Shown piece by piece: positions 35,947 to 46,003 of a stretch of DNA of 64,000 nt. The stretch's first letter is position 1. Each line of letters begins with the position of its first letter. A model generated the notes under the pieces. It ran no database searches. It had not been told where the DNA came from and saw nothing but the letters and a program-made list of their open reading frames with translations. The translations under genes were made by a program, and so were the position numbers. The DNA comes from a virus (Duplodnaviria; Caudoviricetes): IMG/VR virus record IMGVR_UViG_3300049381_000011, positions 31,942 to 95,941 of that record; one strand, written 5' to 3'.

Positions 35947-36514
35947 TCCGGACCCGACGATCGCCCTCAGCCGCGGCCTCGCTGTGTTCGGCCTGCCGGC
36001 CGGTGAGCGGAGGGCCTTGCCCGGCTGGCAGGGCCACTGCATCCGTACCGTCGACGAGCTCGCGCTGCGATGGCGGCCGGGGGACAACCTCGGGATCGGC
36101 TGCCGCGAGTCGAATGTCGTCGGCGTCGACCTGGACCGCAAGGATGGAAAGGACGGCGTCGCCGAGCTGGACCGGCTCGCCGCGGCCGCCGGCGCGGGCT
36201 GGCCAGACACGCTCACCGTGGCGACGCCGAACAACGGCCTGCACCTGTACTTCCGCATGCCGGCTGGGATCGCGGTCCCGTCGACCACCGGAAAGATCGG
36301 CCCCGGGATCGACGTCCGCGCCCCGGGCCGCCGCCAGGGCGGCTACCTCATCGGCCCAGACTCGGTGGTCGGCGGCCGCCGGTACACGATCGAGCACGAT
36401 GTTGCCGCGGCGATCCTGCCCGGGTGGCTCGCCAGGCTGGTACGAGCCGGCCGGCGACCAGCGACGTCGAAGCTGCCCGGGTGGACTACTTCGCCGGGCA
36501 GCTTCGCGAAGTAG
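35936..36514 (+). CDS. Bifunctional DNA primase/polymerase (Prim-Pol) domain protein
   Basis: GLAVFGL, NLGIGC, VDLD, TPNNGLHLYF, GIDVRA, GYLIGPDS. Confidence 0.85.
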   Translation: MKTDPDPTIALSRGLAVFGLPAGERRALPGWQGHCIRTVDELALRWRPGDNLGIGCRESNVVGVDLDRKDGKDGVAELDRLAAAAGAGWPDTLTVATPNNGLHLYFRMPAGIAVPSTTGKIGPGIDVRAPGRRQGGYLIGPDSVVGGRRYTIEHDVAAAILPGWLARLVRAGRRPATSKLPGWTTSPGSFAK

Positions 36515-36597
36515 TCCACCCGGTTGTGTGGACGAGGCCCGGGTAGGAGATCTCCTGCCCGGGCTTGGTGTGGTCGGACGTCTATGGGGATGCGGTT

Positions 36598-36966
36598 CTA
36601 CCGTTCGGCGCTGGCTTCCATCTCGCCTACGCGTGTGCCGTGCCGGTACTGGCCGTCGATCCACATCAGCGGGTCGTAGCCGGTGGGGTAGTCCGCTGGG
36701 TTGTACTGCCCGTGGGGCAGCATGCGGCCGTAGGTCAGCCCGGCGGTGCGGCCGGCGTCGAATACGGCGGTATCGAGCGGTTCGGCGGCCGCGGCACGGT
36801 CCGGCAGGTCGCAGGCGACGTGTGGCGTTCCGGTGGATGTGGCCGTCGAGGTGTGCCTCCAACCGCGCAGCTCGCCGGTTGCGCCGGTCGTGCAGATGAT
36901 CTCGGTGTGGCAGTTGCGGCACTCGTCATGCGTCCCGACGGGGGTCGGCTGTAGCACGATGGTCAT
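36598..36966 (-). CDS. Hypothetical protein
   Basis: ATGA overlap; CRNC. Confidence 0.5.
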   Translation of the reverse strand: MTIVLQPTPVGTHDECRNCHTEIICTTGATGELRGWRHTSTATSTGTPHVACDLPDRAAAAEPLDTAVFDAGRTAGLTYGRMLPHGQYNPADYPTGYDPLMWIDGQYRHGTRVGEMEASAER

Positions 36967-37913
36967 CGCTGGTCACCGCCGATCGAGGCCAACTTGGAGA
37001 TCTCACGGATGTGCTCGTTCTGCTCGTCGACGGCCGTCTTCATCACCGGCGTGATGTAGTCGTGCACGAGGTCGGTGCCGCCGTAGCTGGACTGCCAGTG
37101 TTTCTCGCTGATATCACGGGGCAGACCCGGCACGTCGGACCACTCGTTGACCTTCACGCCGTCCCGCTGCTCGACCTCGTTGTAGGCGTCCTGGCGGATT
37201 TCGTAGTGGTAGGTGACCTCGTTGAGCCCATGCTGGTGGTCCTCGTAGAGGCGATCCCAGCTTTCAGCGGCGGCGACGGCCATCCGCTGAGCGGTGAGCA
37301 ACGTCGCGACGGCGACCCGCCACGACAGGCTCCCGTCAGTCGTCGCCGTGGTGTAAGCCGCCTGCAGCGCGGTCCACGCTTCCAGCAGTGCCGACCAGGC
37401 GACCTGCAACTGGGTGGCGTCGTGCCGGATGACGGTGATCAGCTTCTCGCGCATCCACAGGCCTTCCGCCTGGTTGACCTCGTGCCGCGCGGCCTCGTAC
37501 GTCTCGCTGTCCCACTGGCCCCAGCTGTCCGGCAGTGCCGGACGCTTCTCGTGGCCGGTGAACGCCTTGAACACGATCATCACCCGATCGCGCTCGGTGA
37601 ACTCTCCGATGTAGTTCTCGTGGTGCCACGGCCGCCTCACGAACACGGTCCCGGGCGGAATCTGCGCCTTGATCTTCCGCTCCCTGGCGACGTGGATGCC
37701 GTGCAGAGCGAGGTCGACGTAGATCGTGCTCCGCTCGACGCCGGCGAGCCGAGACAGCTCGGCGACGTTCTGCAGACCGGCTCGCCAGCACGCGGCAACC
37801 AGATCGGCACGGCGTTTGCTGGACCAGTCGAGCAGGTTCTGCCTGGCGGTCGCCAGCACGGGGGAGATGTTGACGGGGACGGGGGATTCAGGTACCTCGA
37901 CGGCATGGGTCAT
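36963..37913 (-). CDS. Protein with N-terminal HTH
   Basis: NVAELSRLAGVERSTIY; palindrome-rich upstream region. Confidence 0.65.
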   Translation of the reverse strand: MTHAVEVPESPVPVNISPVLATARQNLLDWSSKRRADLVAACWRAGLQNVAELSRLAGVERSTIYVDLALHGIHVARERKIKAQIPPGTVFVRRPWHHENYIGEFTERDRVMIVFKAFTGHEKRPALPDSWGQWDSETYEAARHEVNQAEGLWMREKLITVIRHDATQLQVAWSALLEAWTALQAAYTTATTDGSLSWRVAVATLLTAQRMAVAAAESWDRLYEDHQHGLNEVTYHYEIRQDAYNEVEQRDGVKVNEWSDVPGLPRDISEKHWQSSYGGTDLVHDYITPVMKTAVDEQNEHIREISKLASIGGDQR

Positions 37914-37991
37914 GCCGAAATCCTATGTAGGAAAATCCCACATGTCGTCAAATTCGACACTCACTCATGTGTCGGCCCGACGACACCCCGC

Positions 37992-38633
37992 CTACCGCCC
38001 CGGCACCTCCAACACCCGCACACAATCCCGCCGGAACAGAGTCCTCGCCTCACTGTCCTGCCGCGCCGCGACCATCCGACCGTCAGCCGTCCACCACTCG
38101 CACGCCGTGCACCACCCCTCCCGCGCGTCAACGTCGCCGACCGCGACCAGGCCGCAGCCCGGACAGGAAAACTCGAGACGTGCCGGCAACTGCCCGAGCG
38201 TGTCCACCCCGCGGTCATAGCCGGCCAGCGCCGCGTCGAGCCCGTACGGGTCGGCGGCACGGTGCACCAGCTCCCGAATCTCGCCGACCGTCCGTGCCTG
38301 CCCGATCAGCGCACCGAACAGGTCGAGCTGCGTCCCCGTGTACTGCTGCGACGCCCAGTACCGCGCAGCCCCCATCATCGGCCTGGCCGGGTCTTCGATC
38401 AGCAGCCCAATCAGCCGCGACCGGTGTATCTCGTCGGCGCGCGCCTGATCACGGTCTGACATCTCAGCAAAGACCCTGATCGACGCGTACTCGAACGTGC
38501 GAGTGTCGAGCACCGTCAACACCCGTGCCGGCACCCGCCAGTCCGCCGCCAGGTCCACCGGCCGCCCTGTCCACCCGTGCAGCAGCAGGTACCGCTCATC
38601 CCGGTCCGGCGACACCAGGTCCTGCTCACTCAT
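37992..38633 (-). CDS. Hypothetical protein (internal QLDLF, C-terminal Zn ribbon)
   Basis: CPGC..CTAC; coupled. Confidence 0.6.
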   Translation of the reverse strand: MSEQDLVSPDRDERYLLLHGWTGRPVDLAADWRVPARVLTVLDTRTFEYASIRVFAEMSDRDQARADEIHRSRLIGLLIEDPARPMMGAARYWASQQYTGTQLDLFGALIGQARTVGEIRELVHRAADPYGLDAALAGYDRGVDTLGQLPARLEFSCPGCGLVAVGDVDAREGWCTACEWWTADGRMVAARQDSEARTLFRRDCVRVLEVPGR

Positions 38634-39229
38634 GCGCGCCCCTCCAAAAGCCCCTCAGCCATCGCCTCAACCTCGTCATCCGTCAGGTCCGGATCATCGC
38701 GTCGAACCTTGGCCCTCATCAGCTTGTACGCCTCGGTGGCCATCGACATCGCCAGCTGGTACATCGTCACCGCGTCCATCGGATCCGGCTTCGGCGGCAG
38801 CACTACCGCAGCCGAAGCGTCGATCCCACTCACCCAGCCGGGAACGATCTGCCGCGCCGCTACCAACGCCTCGACCGGCCCGACCTCCGGAGCCGTGCCC
38901 AGCAGCCCGCCCCAGATCTGCGCCGCCAGGTCGACCACCGCGCCCGGGTCGCCGGCGACGGCGGCCGCCTGGACGTCACGCCGCAGCGCTCCCGCCAGCA
39001 TCTCCCGACCGGCGTCGGTCAGCAGCACTTCGTAGTAGCCCTCCGCCACGGCGAGCTTCCGCTCGATCAACCGCCATACGCCGTCGACCCGGTGCCCGCA
39101 CGGGATCGTGTCGTCGTACACCGTCCAGTGGTCATCGCCGATCGACGACACCTCACCGGCCGCGATCAGCCGCAACAGCACCCCCACCGTGCCGAGCTGC
39201 GCCGCCCTACGGTCCTCAATGCTCGTCAT
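38630..39229 (-). CDS. Hypothetical protein (winged-helix-like)
   Basis: LLTDAGREML. Confidence 0.55.
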   Translation of the reverse strand: MTSIEDRRAAQLGTVGVLLRLIAAGEVSSIGDDHWTVYDDTIPCGHRVDGVWRLIERKLAVAEGYYEVLLTDAGREMLAGALRRDVQAAAVAGDPGAVVDLAAQIWGGLLGTAPEVGPVEALVAARQIVPGWVSGIDASAAVVLPPKPDPMDAVTMYQLAMSMATEAYKLMRAKVRRDDPDLTDDEVEAMAEGLLEGRA

Positions 39230-39319
39230 GGAGCCACCGCCAGAGACACAGCGTCGACCCGTCCGCCCGCTGCAGCTGCCCGAACCGCGGCCGCGTCTCC
39301 TGCCCAGCATCGTCGTACG

Positions 39320-39706
39320 TCATCGGATACCGCCGCCCAGCGAACGGCCCGTGGCGATCGCCTCGACCGCGATCTGCCTGCACTCAGCCTGCACCTGCTC
39401 GTACGACAACTCGCCCCCCACCGTGGCCAGCGCCTCCACCTTCGCCGCGATCTCGACCACTGCCTGCTCGGCGTCGCGGTTGAAGTCGTTCCACGTGTAG
39501 GACGCCAGCGCTACCGGCGTACGCCATCCGGCATCGATGAGCGCTGCGGTTATCGACGCCGCCACGAACGTGATCGTCGACTCAGGTAGGCGCATTCCGA
39601 TCGTATTCAGTCCGGCTTTCATCCACTCGGCTGCGATGGCTCGTCCAGCTAGCAGCGGGTCGTACGGCTGTTGGTCGTGTGTCGCCTGGCTTTCCTGCTC
39701 GCCCAT
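39320..39706 (-). CDS. Hypothetical protein
   Basis: GGAGG RBS before MGEQES. Confidence 0.55.
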   Translation of the reverse strand: MGEQESQATHDQQPYDPLLAGRAIAAEWMKAGLNTIGMRLPESTITFVAASITAALIDAGWRTPVALASYTWNDFNRDAEQAVVEIAAKVEALATVGGELSYEQVQAECRQIAVEAIATGRSLGGGIR

Positions 39707-39708
39707 GT

Positions 39709-40386
39709 TCACGCCACCTCCTGCGGCAGGTAGTGCAGCGCCTTGCGGTGCCTGGCTGCCAGTTCCCGTCGGGATTCGGTGGGATCGGAGTCTCGGTCGC
39801 ATTGCTCGGCGAGCAGCGGCAGGCCGGAGTCGATCGACTCGATGATTTCGGCGCGGGTTGCTGGTCTGCCTGCGGCCCACCAGGACGTCATGGTCGGGTC
39901 TTTGAGCTGGAACAGCACCCCGTAGGTGTCGCCGACGGGAGGCCGGAATGTTGACCATCCGCTGACCCAGATCAGGCAGACGCCCGGGTTGCGGAGGATC
40001 GCTACGCCGGCGAAGCCGAGGTCGTCGGGCAGGCCGCGTTGGCGGCGGTTCATCTCCGGTCGGACCATGAACGGGCATACCTTGGCGGCGTACTCGGCAC
40101 ACTCGATGTGTGATGGCGGGTCTGGTGACACCCGGTTGATGGCACACATCGGGCCGATCACGAAGGCGGAGTCGGCGCGGCGGCGTTTCTGGCCGCAGAC
40201 CCAGCACATCCGGTCGGTGATGCATGCCGCGTAGGCGGTGGGGTCGGCGATCCGGAAGTCCCGCTCTCCGTCGATCTTGGCGGCGAAGAAGGGAATCGGG
40301 TACCCGGCGCGGTTGCGGGGCAGCGCCCGGATCCGGCTGGGCATCTGAACAGTGCGTAGGAGAGACAGCTGCTCTATGGACGTCAT
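39709..40386 (-). CDS. Phage hypothetical protein (Zn-binding)
   Basis: GYPIPFF, CWVCG, PPSHIECA, CPFM; GGAGG RBS. Confidence 0.7.
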   Translation of the reverse strand: MTSIEQLSLLRTVQMPSRIRALPRNRAGYPIPFFAAKIDGERDFRIADPTAYAACITDRMCWVCGQKRRRADSAFVIGPMCAINRVSPDPPSHIECAEYAAKVCPFMVRPEMNRRQRGLPDDLGFAGVAILRNPGVCLIWVSGWSTFRPPVGDTYGVLFQLKDPTMTSWWAAGRPATRAEIIESIDSGLPLLAEQCDRDSDPTESRRELAARHRKALHYLPQEVA

Positions 40387-40409
40387 CGTTCCTCCAGCTG
40401 GTGCGCGGC

Positions 40410-40708
40410 CGCTGCTTGTCGGTGGCGGGGATGCCGAGCGCCTCGGCGAGCACGCCGTGGCCAGCGCCGATCTCGATCGCAGTCCGGCCGGCGATCAGCT
40501 CCTGCAGGTGCTCGACGAGCTCCACGGTGGGATAGCTGTAGAGACCGTGGCGGTGACCGAGCATGGCGCGTTCTTCGGGTGTGGTCTCTGCCCAGAATGC
40601 GGCCGGCAGGATGCGCAGCCGGCCGCTGGCGTCGAGGACGTCGGGGGCTAGGTCGCGGATGGAGGCCGGGTCGAGTTGGTAACTGGTCGGGGATCCGTAG
40701 GTGGTCAT
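40410..40708 (-). pseudogene. Truncated SAM-methyltransferase-like gene
   Basis: AIEIGAGHGVLAEALGIPATD motif I, then abrupt loss of protein-like sequence at the next gene's RBS. Confidence 0.5.
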
Positions 40709-41046
40709 GGCGTCGGTCCGAATCCGCTGATGTTGTCGAGGTTGCCCTGGCTGGACAGTCCGCAGTCGTTGCCGATGCCGAGGTGTTGCAGGAGGCAATC
40801 CAGATGCCAGGGCCGGATCGTGACCTCGGTCCGCGTCGTCCGAATCGTCGCGAAGGCTGTCTCGTCTCCCCAGTGCTGGATGTTGACGTCGTCCTGGACG
40901 ACGTCGACGTGTGGGATCAGCATCCCTTGGTCGTCTGCGGCGATCGGGTTTCCGCAGGAGCCGTGGCAGGCCTTCCCGACCGGGGGTGGCTCGTATTCGG
41001 CGCTGTCAGTCGCCGGCGATGACCACGGCTTGCCGAAGAACCTCAC
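40705..41046 (-). CDS. Hypothetical protein
   Basis: Coupled at both ends. Confidence 0.55.
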   Translation of the reverse strand: MRFFGKPWSSPATDSAEYEPPPVGKACHGSCGNPIAADDQGMLIPHVDVVQDDVNIQHWGDETAFATIRTTRTEVTIRPWHLDCLLQHLGIGNDCGLSSQGNLDNISGFGPTP

Positions 41047-41519
41047 TCGTTGGCTGCCGGTACGGTGCCCTGCTGCAGGTTGCGGACCTGGGTGTTGGTG
41101 TCCGGCCGCCAGCGCAGCCGCCAGTCTCCGCAGGGCTGGCACATCTTCACATCCACCGACCTGGTGTCGTTGTGGATCCGGATGACCTGTGATGCCTCGC
41201 CTGTGCAGAACATGCCGTCGGCGCGGTGCTGGCCGCATAGGCAGATGCACGGAGCTGTGGGTTCGATGTCCCGCAGCGCGGTCAGGTCGTCGATAGTAAG
41301 GCCTGACGCTTCGAGTTGGGACTGGAGCTGGGCCCATGCGGCGCTGCACAAGTCGATCCAGGGTTGGAGCGCCTGGGCGAACTGGCGCCACGCCGCGTTG
41401 ATAGCGTCCGGGTCCAAGTCCGGGAGGCGCATCTCGACGAGCGTCTGGCGGACCTTTTCCAGGTCTGCGAGCGGCGTAGCCGGCTGTGCCGGTTCGGGCA
41501 GGGTCGGTTCGCTGGTCAT
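41043..41519 (-). CDS. Hypothetical Cys-containing protein
   Basis: GGAGG RBS. Confidence 0.6.
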   Translation of the reverse strand: MTSEPTLPEPAQPATPLADLEKVRQTLVEMRLPDLDPDAINAAWRQFAQALQPWIDLCSAAWAQLQSQLEASGLTIDDLTALRDIEPTAPCICLCGQHRADGMFCTGEASQVIRIHNDTRSVDVKMCQPCGDWRLRWRPDTNTQVRNLQQGTVPAANE

Positions 41520-41523
41520 CGGG

Positions 41524-42156
41524 TTACCTCCGTCGGGTGTAGGACAGGCGTGTGACGCGGACCCGGTCGGAGCGCCAGTCGACGGTCGGCGGCCGCCGCC
41601 GTGGTTGGGCTCGCCGGCGACGTAGTTGGACGTCGAGAGTGGCGACCACCCGCGCGTGGCCTTGCTGGGCGGCGCGGATGGTGGCGTAGCGCCACTGATG
41701 CCCGGTCACTGCCCGTCGCGGATCGTCGCTCCTGCGGTGGCGGTAGAAGACCATCGTTTCCCACAGGATCGGGCGGGCGGTGCCGGGCTCGCTGAGCGGG
41801 AAGCTCTGCGGAAAGAACATCGTCGACACGTGGATTTCGACGCCCTGGCAGTGGCGGATCGTGAAGTTCCCGCCCGCCCGGTCCAGCATGAGCCGGTCCG
41901 CTTCGGCCCTGATTTCGTCGGGGGTGCCGGTGAGCTCGTGGCCGTCGGGCCCGTAGTACGGGACCCCATCCCACAGCCATGTCGGCTTTGCCGGGGGCGT
42001 GGTCGGCGGGTCGCCGGTGAGGGTGCGGGCCAGGATCAGCGTGTCGAACACGCTGGCCCATGCGGGCTGCTGCTCTTGCTCGTCCTGGTGGTCGGCGAGA
42101 ATCTCCGCCAGCTGGTAACCGAGCTCGTGTTCAGTGGGGGCCGTTGCGTTCGTCAT
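41524..42156 (-). CDS. Hypothetical protein
   Basis: VSTMF...PILWETMVF...RYAT..AAQQGH. Confidence 0.6.
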   Translation of the reverse strand: MTNATAPTEHELGYQLAEILADHQDEQEQQPAWASVFDTLILARTLTGDPPTTPPAKPTWLWDGVPYYGPDGHELTGTPDEIRAEADRLMLDRAGGNFTIRHCQGVEIHVSTMFFPQSFPLSEPGTARPILWETMVFYRHRRSDDPRRAVTGHQWRYATIRAAQQGHARVVATLDVQLRRRRAQPRRRPPTVDWRSDRVRVTRLSYTRRR

Positions 42157-42316
42157 GCGGCATCTGCCTTTCCCTGTTGTGGCCGTAGTCCTGCCAGGAC
42201 GGGGTCGCCTGTCCACCAGTGGCAGGCGCCGCAGTACCCGTCGGCGAGATCTTGGGGATGCGCGGAGCGGCGGCCGCGATCCGGGCAGACGAATACGTGG
42301 ACCAGCTGCAGTCCGG

Positions 42317-43084
42317 TCATGACGGGCGTCCGATCCGGTTCCGCTGCTGGTGTTCCTTGATCGTTGGCCAGCGTTCGGAGAACTGTTCAGCCGGCGGAAC
42401 GGTGCCGTCTACGGCGGCGACCAGGATTCGTAGCGAGGTCGTGATGTCTCCGATCCATGGCCCGTTCATGGCGAGGACGGGCGCCTGACCGCGGTGACGA
42501 ACGACCTGGTGAACCTGGTCGGTGAAGTCGATGGCGTACAGGGTTCGGGCTTCGATCGCTCCCGGGACGTCGTCCCAGTCCATCTCCCACGCGAATGCCT
42601 TCTCGGCGAGGTCAGGCGGGGTATGCGGTCCGGGGGTCCAGCCGTAGCCGGCAAACGCGAATCCGATAATGCCCGGTTCCCGCAAAGTCGATAGAAGGCG
42701 GGCAGGCTCCTCAGCCTGGCCGGCGTAGGCGACGTTCATCGCCATGTTCCGCAGCGCCACCCACGACTCGAGGTCCACCCACGGCGGGCCGAGGTTGACC
42801 ATCCGCTGGGCTGAGAACCGACCGACGCGGGTCGCTGGGCCGAGGTTGGGATTCTGTCCGCAGATCCGGCGGAACAGCTGGTCGACGGTGCCGTGCTGGT
42901 TGTCGAAGAGGACGAGTAGTTGGGGCGGGAGTTTCTCCCAGCCCGCCCGGTGGATGCGCTGCTCGACCGCTGTCAGGAGCTGGCCGAGTTGGGTGGGGTC
43001 GACGTCGACGCGGGTTGGCGGCGGGGCCAGGTCCACGGCAGAACCTCCAGAGTCGGTGACGGGTGGGTGGTGCAGACTTACCAT
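42317..43084 (-). CDS. Hypothetical protein
   Basis: Long ORF in co-directional run. Confidence 0.6.
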   Translation of the reverse strand: MVSLHHPPVTDSGGSAVDLAPPPTRVDVDPTQLGQLLTAVEQRIHRAGWEKLPPQLLVLFDNQHGTVDQLFRRICGQNPNLGPATRVGRFSAQRMVNLGPPWVDLESWVALRNMAMNVAYAGQAEEPARLLSTLREPGIIGFAFAGYGWTPGPHTPPDLAEKAFAWEMDWDDVPGAIEARTLYAIDFTDQVHQVVRHRGQAPVLAMNGPWIGDITTSLRILVAAVDGTVPPAEQFSERWPTIKEHQQRNRIGRPS

Positions 43085-43151
43085 TTCACGGTAAAGAGAT
43101 CAGGTCCGCGCCCTGGCGGCCGCGGACCGTAATCCCTGACACTGCGGCGTG

Positions 43152-43538
43152 TCAGCCCTGCACAGCTACGGGCGGTCCGGCCGGTGCGGGCAGTGTTTCG
43201 AGGTAGGTGACCGGGGCGTCGCGGTACTGCGGCTCCCGCTCACCCTCGAAGATCGACAGTGCCAGTTCGAGGCCGTTGAACATGCCGCGCATATACCCGG
43301 AGTAGTTCCAGTTCCCATCGGCGCCCTGCGTGGCGTGCACGGACCGGAGCTTGTCCAGTGGCGGAAGCATGACCTCGGCACACACGGCGATCATCAGCGC
43401 CCGGTTCACGGCCGGAACCTCCGCCCATGGTTTCGCCGATGCCTCGCGAGTCTCGTAGCCACGCGCGAGGGCTAGCCGCTCGTACGCCTCGTGGAAGCGT
43501 TGGGCGAGCTGCTCTGCATCGATCAGGGTTTCTGACAT
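43152..43538 (-). CDS. Hypothetical two-domain phage protein
   Basis: GAGGAG RBS. Confidence 0.6.
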   Translation of the reverse strand: MSETLIDAEQLAQRFHEAYERLALARGYETREASAKPWAEVPAVNRALMIAVCAEVMLPPLDKLRSVHATQGADGNWNYSGYMRGMFNGLELALSIFEGEREPQYRDAPVTYLETLPAPAGPPVAVQG

Positions 43539-43560
43539 GGTGGATCTCCTCAATAGTGGG

Positions 43561-43893
43561 TCAGGCGAGTGCGAGGCGTGGTGGTCGGCGGGCGCGGCCG
43601 CCGCGGGCCCGGCGGGTTTGACGGGTTTGGGTTTCGACGCGGACGATGTCGGCCCACCTGTAGACGTTCTCTCGCCCGGTTCGGCCGGGGACCCGTGCCG
43701 GGGCGGTCCCGTCGACGCCGGCAGGCAGCTGCTGTTCGAGTGCGGCCGCGAGTTCGGCGACGGTGACGACGGACAGCCGGCTGTGGTCGACCCAGGTACG
43801 TAGGAGCGCGGTTGTGACGTCCTCGTAGCCGGTCTCGTCGCGGATTTGGGATGCGGTGATGTAGGTGTGGCCGTCGACGGCGGTGTAGCGCAC
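43561..43893 (-). CDS. MerR-like HTH protein
   Basis: TASQI...TALLRTWV...VYRWADI. Confidence 0.55.
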   Translation of the reverse strand: MRYTAVDGHTYITASQIRDETGYEDVTTALLRTWVDHSRLSVVTVAELAAALEQQLPAGVDGTAPARVPGRTGRENVYRWADIVRVETQTRQTRRARGGRARRPPRLALA

Positions 43894-43911
43894 AGGTCCC
43901 TCCGGTGGGTG

Positions 43912-44958
43912 TCAGGTGCGGACGGTCAGTTCGAGGATTTCGGCGCGGTGCTCGTCGCCGAGGATGTCGTCGGGGTCGTCGTACGGTTCGGTGTTGGGCA
44001 GGGTGACGCCGAGGCGTTTGGCGAGCCCGTCGGGTCCGTCCCAGGTTCGGGCTGGCCACATGTGTGTCCGGCCGGCACGTTTCGCGGTGCCGATTCCGCA
44101 GAGGCAGCGCCAGCCTGTGCAGTGGCAGTCGGGGCCGTTGCAGCGCACGGACCAGTCGCGGGCGCGGGGGCTCGATACTTCGGCGTACATTTCGCGGCTG
44201 CCGCAGACGGGGCATTCGGCGGTCAGCCGGCGCTGGTCGGGGCCGTCGCCGGCTGCGAGTTGCGCGAGCGCCGCGGTGTTGTGGAGGGTCACCTCCGCGT
44301 CTGAGACGGTTTCGGTGTCGCATGTGTCGAGCTGGTCGTCGACGACGGCGGACGCGAGAACGAAGGTGATGTCGGCACGGTCGCAGTCACACGCGCCGGC
44401 GGTGTGGCAGGCCTGGCATTGCCGGCCCGCGGGAACCATGCCGCTGCCCCTGCAGCGGCTGCACGGGGCCGCGGGGGGCATGACTGGTCTGGCCCAGACG
44501 GTCGGCCAGTCGCAGATCCCGGTGCCTTTGCACCAGGCGCACGTAGCGACGTCGATGCGGCTGGCCGGGTCGCGGACGAGTAGCCGCAGCCCGTCGTCGC
44601 GGGTGGCGGCCCACATCCGCTGTGCGAGCTCCAGGAGCGTGCGGGCGATCGCGGCGCGGGCGGCGACCGGGCCGAGGCGTGCGGGTGCTGGATGCGGCCC
44701 GGACGGGACCCTGCCGGCGACTCCGGCCTGGAACGCAGCATCCCGGTCGTCGTGCCAGGCCTGTGTGGCGGCGGCGGCCCGGCGGGCGTCGACGGGCCGC
44801 TGGACGGGGAGGGGCGGCGGTCCGGGTTGGCGTGCGATGCCGATCTGGGGCCACATCGCGCGGATCCGGCCGAGGGACACGCGAGCGGCGTCGGCGAGCT
44901 GCTGCGCCACCTCGGACGGGGTGCTCATGTCGTCGGGGTAGACGGGGGTTGCGGTCAT
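43912..44958 (-). CDS. Zn-finger-rich hypothetical protein
   Basis: CAWCKGTG, CSRCRGSG, CPVCG. Confidence 0.65.
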   Translation of the reverse strand: MTATPVYPDDMSTPSEVAQQLADAARVSLGRIRAMWPQIGIARQPGPPPLPVQRPVDARRAAAATQAWHDDRDAAFQAGVAGRVPSGPHPAPARLGPVAARAAIARTLLELAQRMWAATRDDGLRLLVRDPASRIDVATCAWCKGTGICDWPTVWARPVMPPAAPCSRCRGSGMVPAGRQCQACHTAGACDCDRADITFVLASAVVDDQLDTCDTETVSDAEVTLHNTAALAQLAAGDGPDQRRLTAECPVCGSREMYAEVSSPRARDWSVRCNGPDCHCTGWRCLCGIGTAKRAGRTHMWPARTWDGPDGLAKRLGVTLPNTEPYDDPDDILGDEHRAEILELTVRT

Positions 44959-45326
44959 GGGCTGACCTTGTGCCGCCGGTGTAGGAGCATCCCCCCGGCC
45001 CGGACGTGGTCCCATGCGCTGCCACCTGCCTGGCGCATCGCTTCCATGGTCTTCGCGTTCGGTGTTCGCCATTCCCACCGCGGGGTGGTCGGCACGCCGG
45101 CTGGCCACGGGTTCGGGCGGCCGATCGATTCGGCGATCCCCGCCTCCGGCCATGCTGCGCAGGCTGCGGCCGGGCAGCGGATCGCCTGGGACGTTTTCCC
45201 GTCACCTACATCAACGGTGACGGTGTATTCGGCACACTGGGAGCACAGGTAGGCGTCGAGTCGGCCGAACATCGGTGTGACCGCCCGGGCGGCCGTGTTG
45301 CGGCGGAAGCGGCGTGCGGCGCCCAT
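44955..45326 (-). CDS. Small Zn-ribbon protein
   Basis: CSQC; coupled. Confidence 0.5.
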   Translation of the reverse strand: MGAARRFRRNTAARAVTPMFGRLDAYLCSQCAEYTVTVDVGDGKTSQAIRCPAAACAAWPEAGIAESIGRPNPWPAGVPTTPRWEWRTPNAKTMEAMRQAGGSAWDHVRAGGMLLHRRHKVSP

Positions 45327-46003
45327 CAGCTACCCGCCCCGTCGCGGCCGCTGGCTGCAACTGCTGCTCCGGCGGCGCGACCGCGTCGTTCGGCTTCGGC
45401 AAGCAGCGCGACGAACCCGCCGGCGAGCGCGTTGGCCAGGCCTGTCATCGCGTCCATCGCCGGGGCGATGCCAAAGGTCGCGAGCTCAGCCACGGTCGGG
45501 GTCAGGGTGTTGTCACCGCGGTACGGGACCGGGATGAGGATCTCGACGGTGCCGTACTTCCCGCCGGCGATGTCGTCCCAGCTGCAAATCCAGGTGGTGC
45601 CGTTGGGGTTGCGTGTCGACCATTCGCCGTCGCCAGACGTGGTCCAGATGGAGTCGGTGTGTGATGTCCGAACGGGCAGGCCGGGTAGCGGCGGATCCGT
45701 GCGCGCCTTCGCCAGGTCGACCGGCTTCTCCGGTTCGACGGGCGGCTGGGGAGGTGCTGGCGGGCGCTGGACTCCGCGGAACGTCCGCGGTGTGATGTCC
45801 GTCGACGGGATAGCGATCAGGCCGCAGCGTCGAGCACCCTCGATGACGGCTGCGATCTCCTCAGGCCGGTCCTCCGCGTCGTACTCGATCGCAGGGAAGT
45901 AGAGGGCGATGGTCTGCAGCTTGGCGAGCAGGGCAGGGTTCGGCTCAGCGGCCTGGTCGACGGGCACGGGTTCGGGCATGGCAGGTGCTCCCTCAATGGT
46001 CAT
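45326..46003 (-). CDS. Hypothetical protein
   Basis: Coupled ORF. Confidence 0.55.
   Translation of the reverse strand: MTIEGAPAMPEPVPVDQAAEPNPALLAKLQTIALYFPAIEYDAEDRPEEIAAVIEGARRCGLIAIPSTDITPRTFRGVQRPPAPPQPPVEPEKPVDLAKARTDPPLPGLPVRTSHTDSIWTTSGDGEWSTRNPNGTTWICSWDDIAGGKYGTVEILIPVPYRGDNTLTPTVAELATFGIAPAMDAMTGLANALAGGFVALLAEAERRGRAAGAAVAASGRDGAGS

Noticed and set aside
39320-40798. Single 492-aa protein
   Set aside because: Chimeric open frame that overlaps the well-formed 39709..40386 gene.
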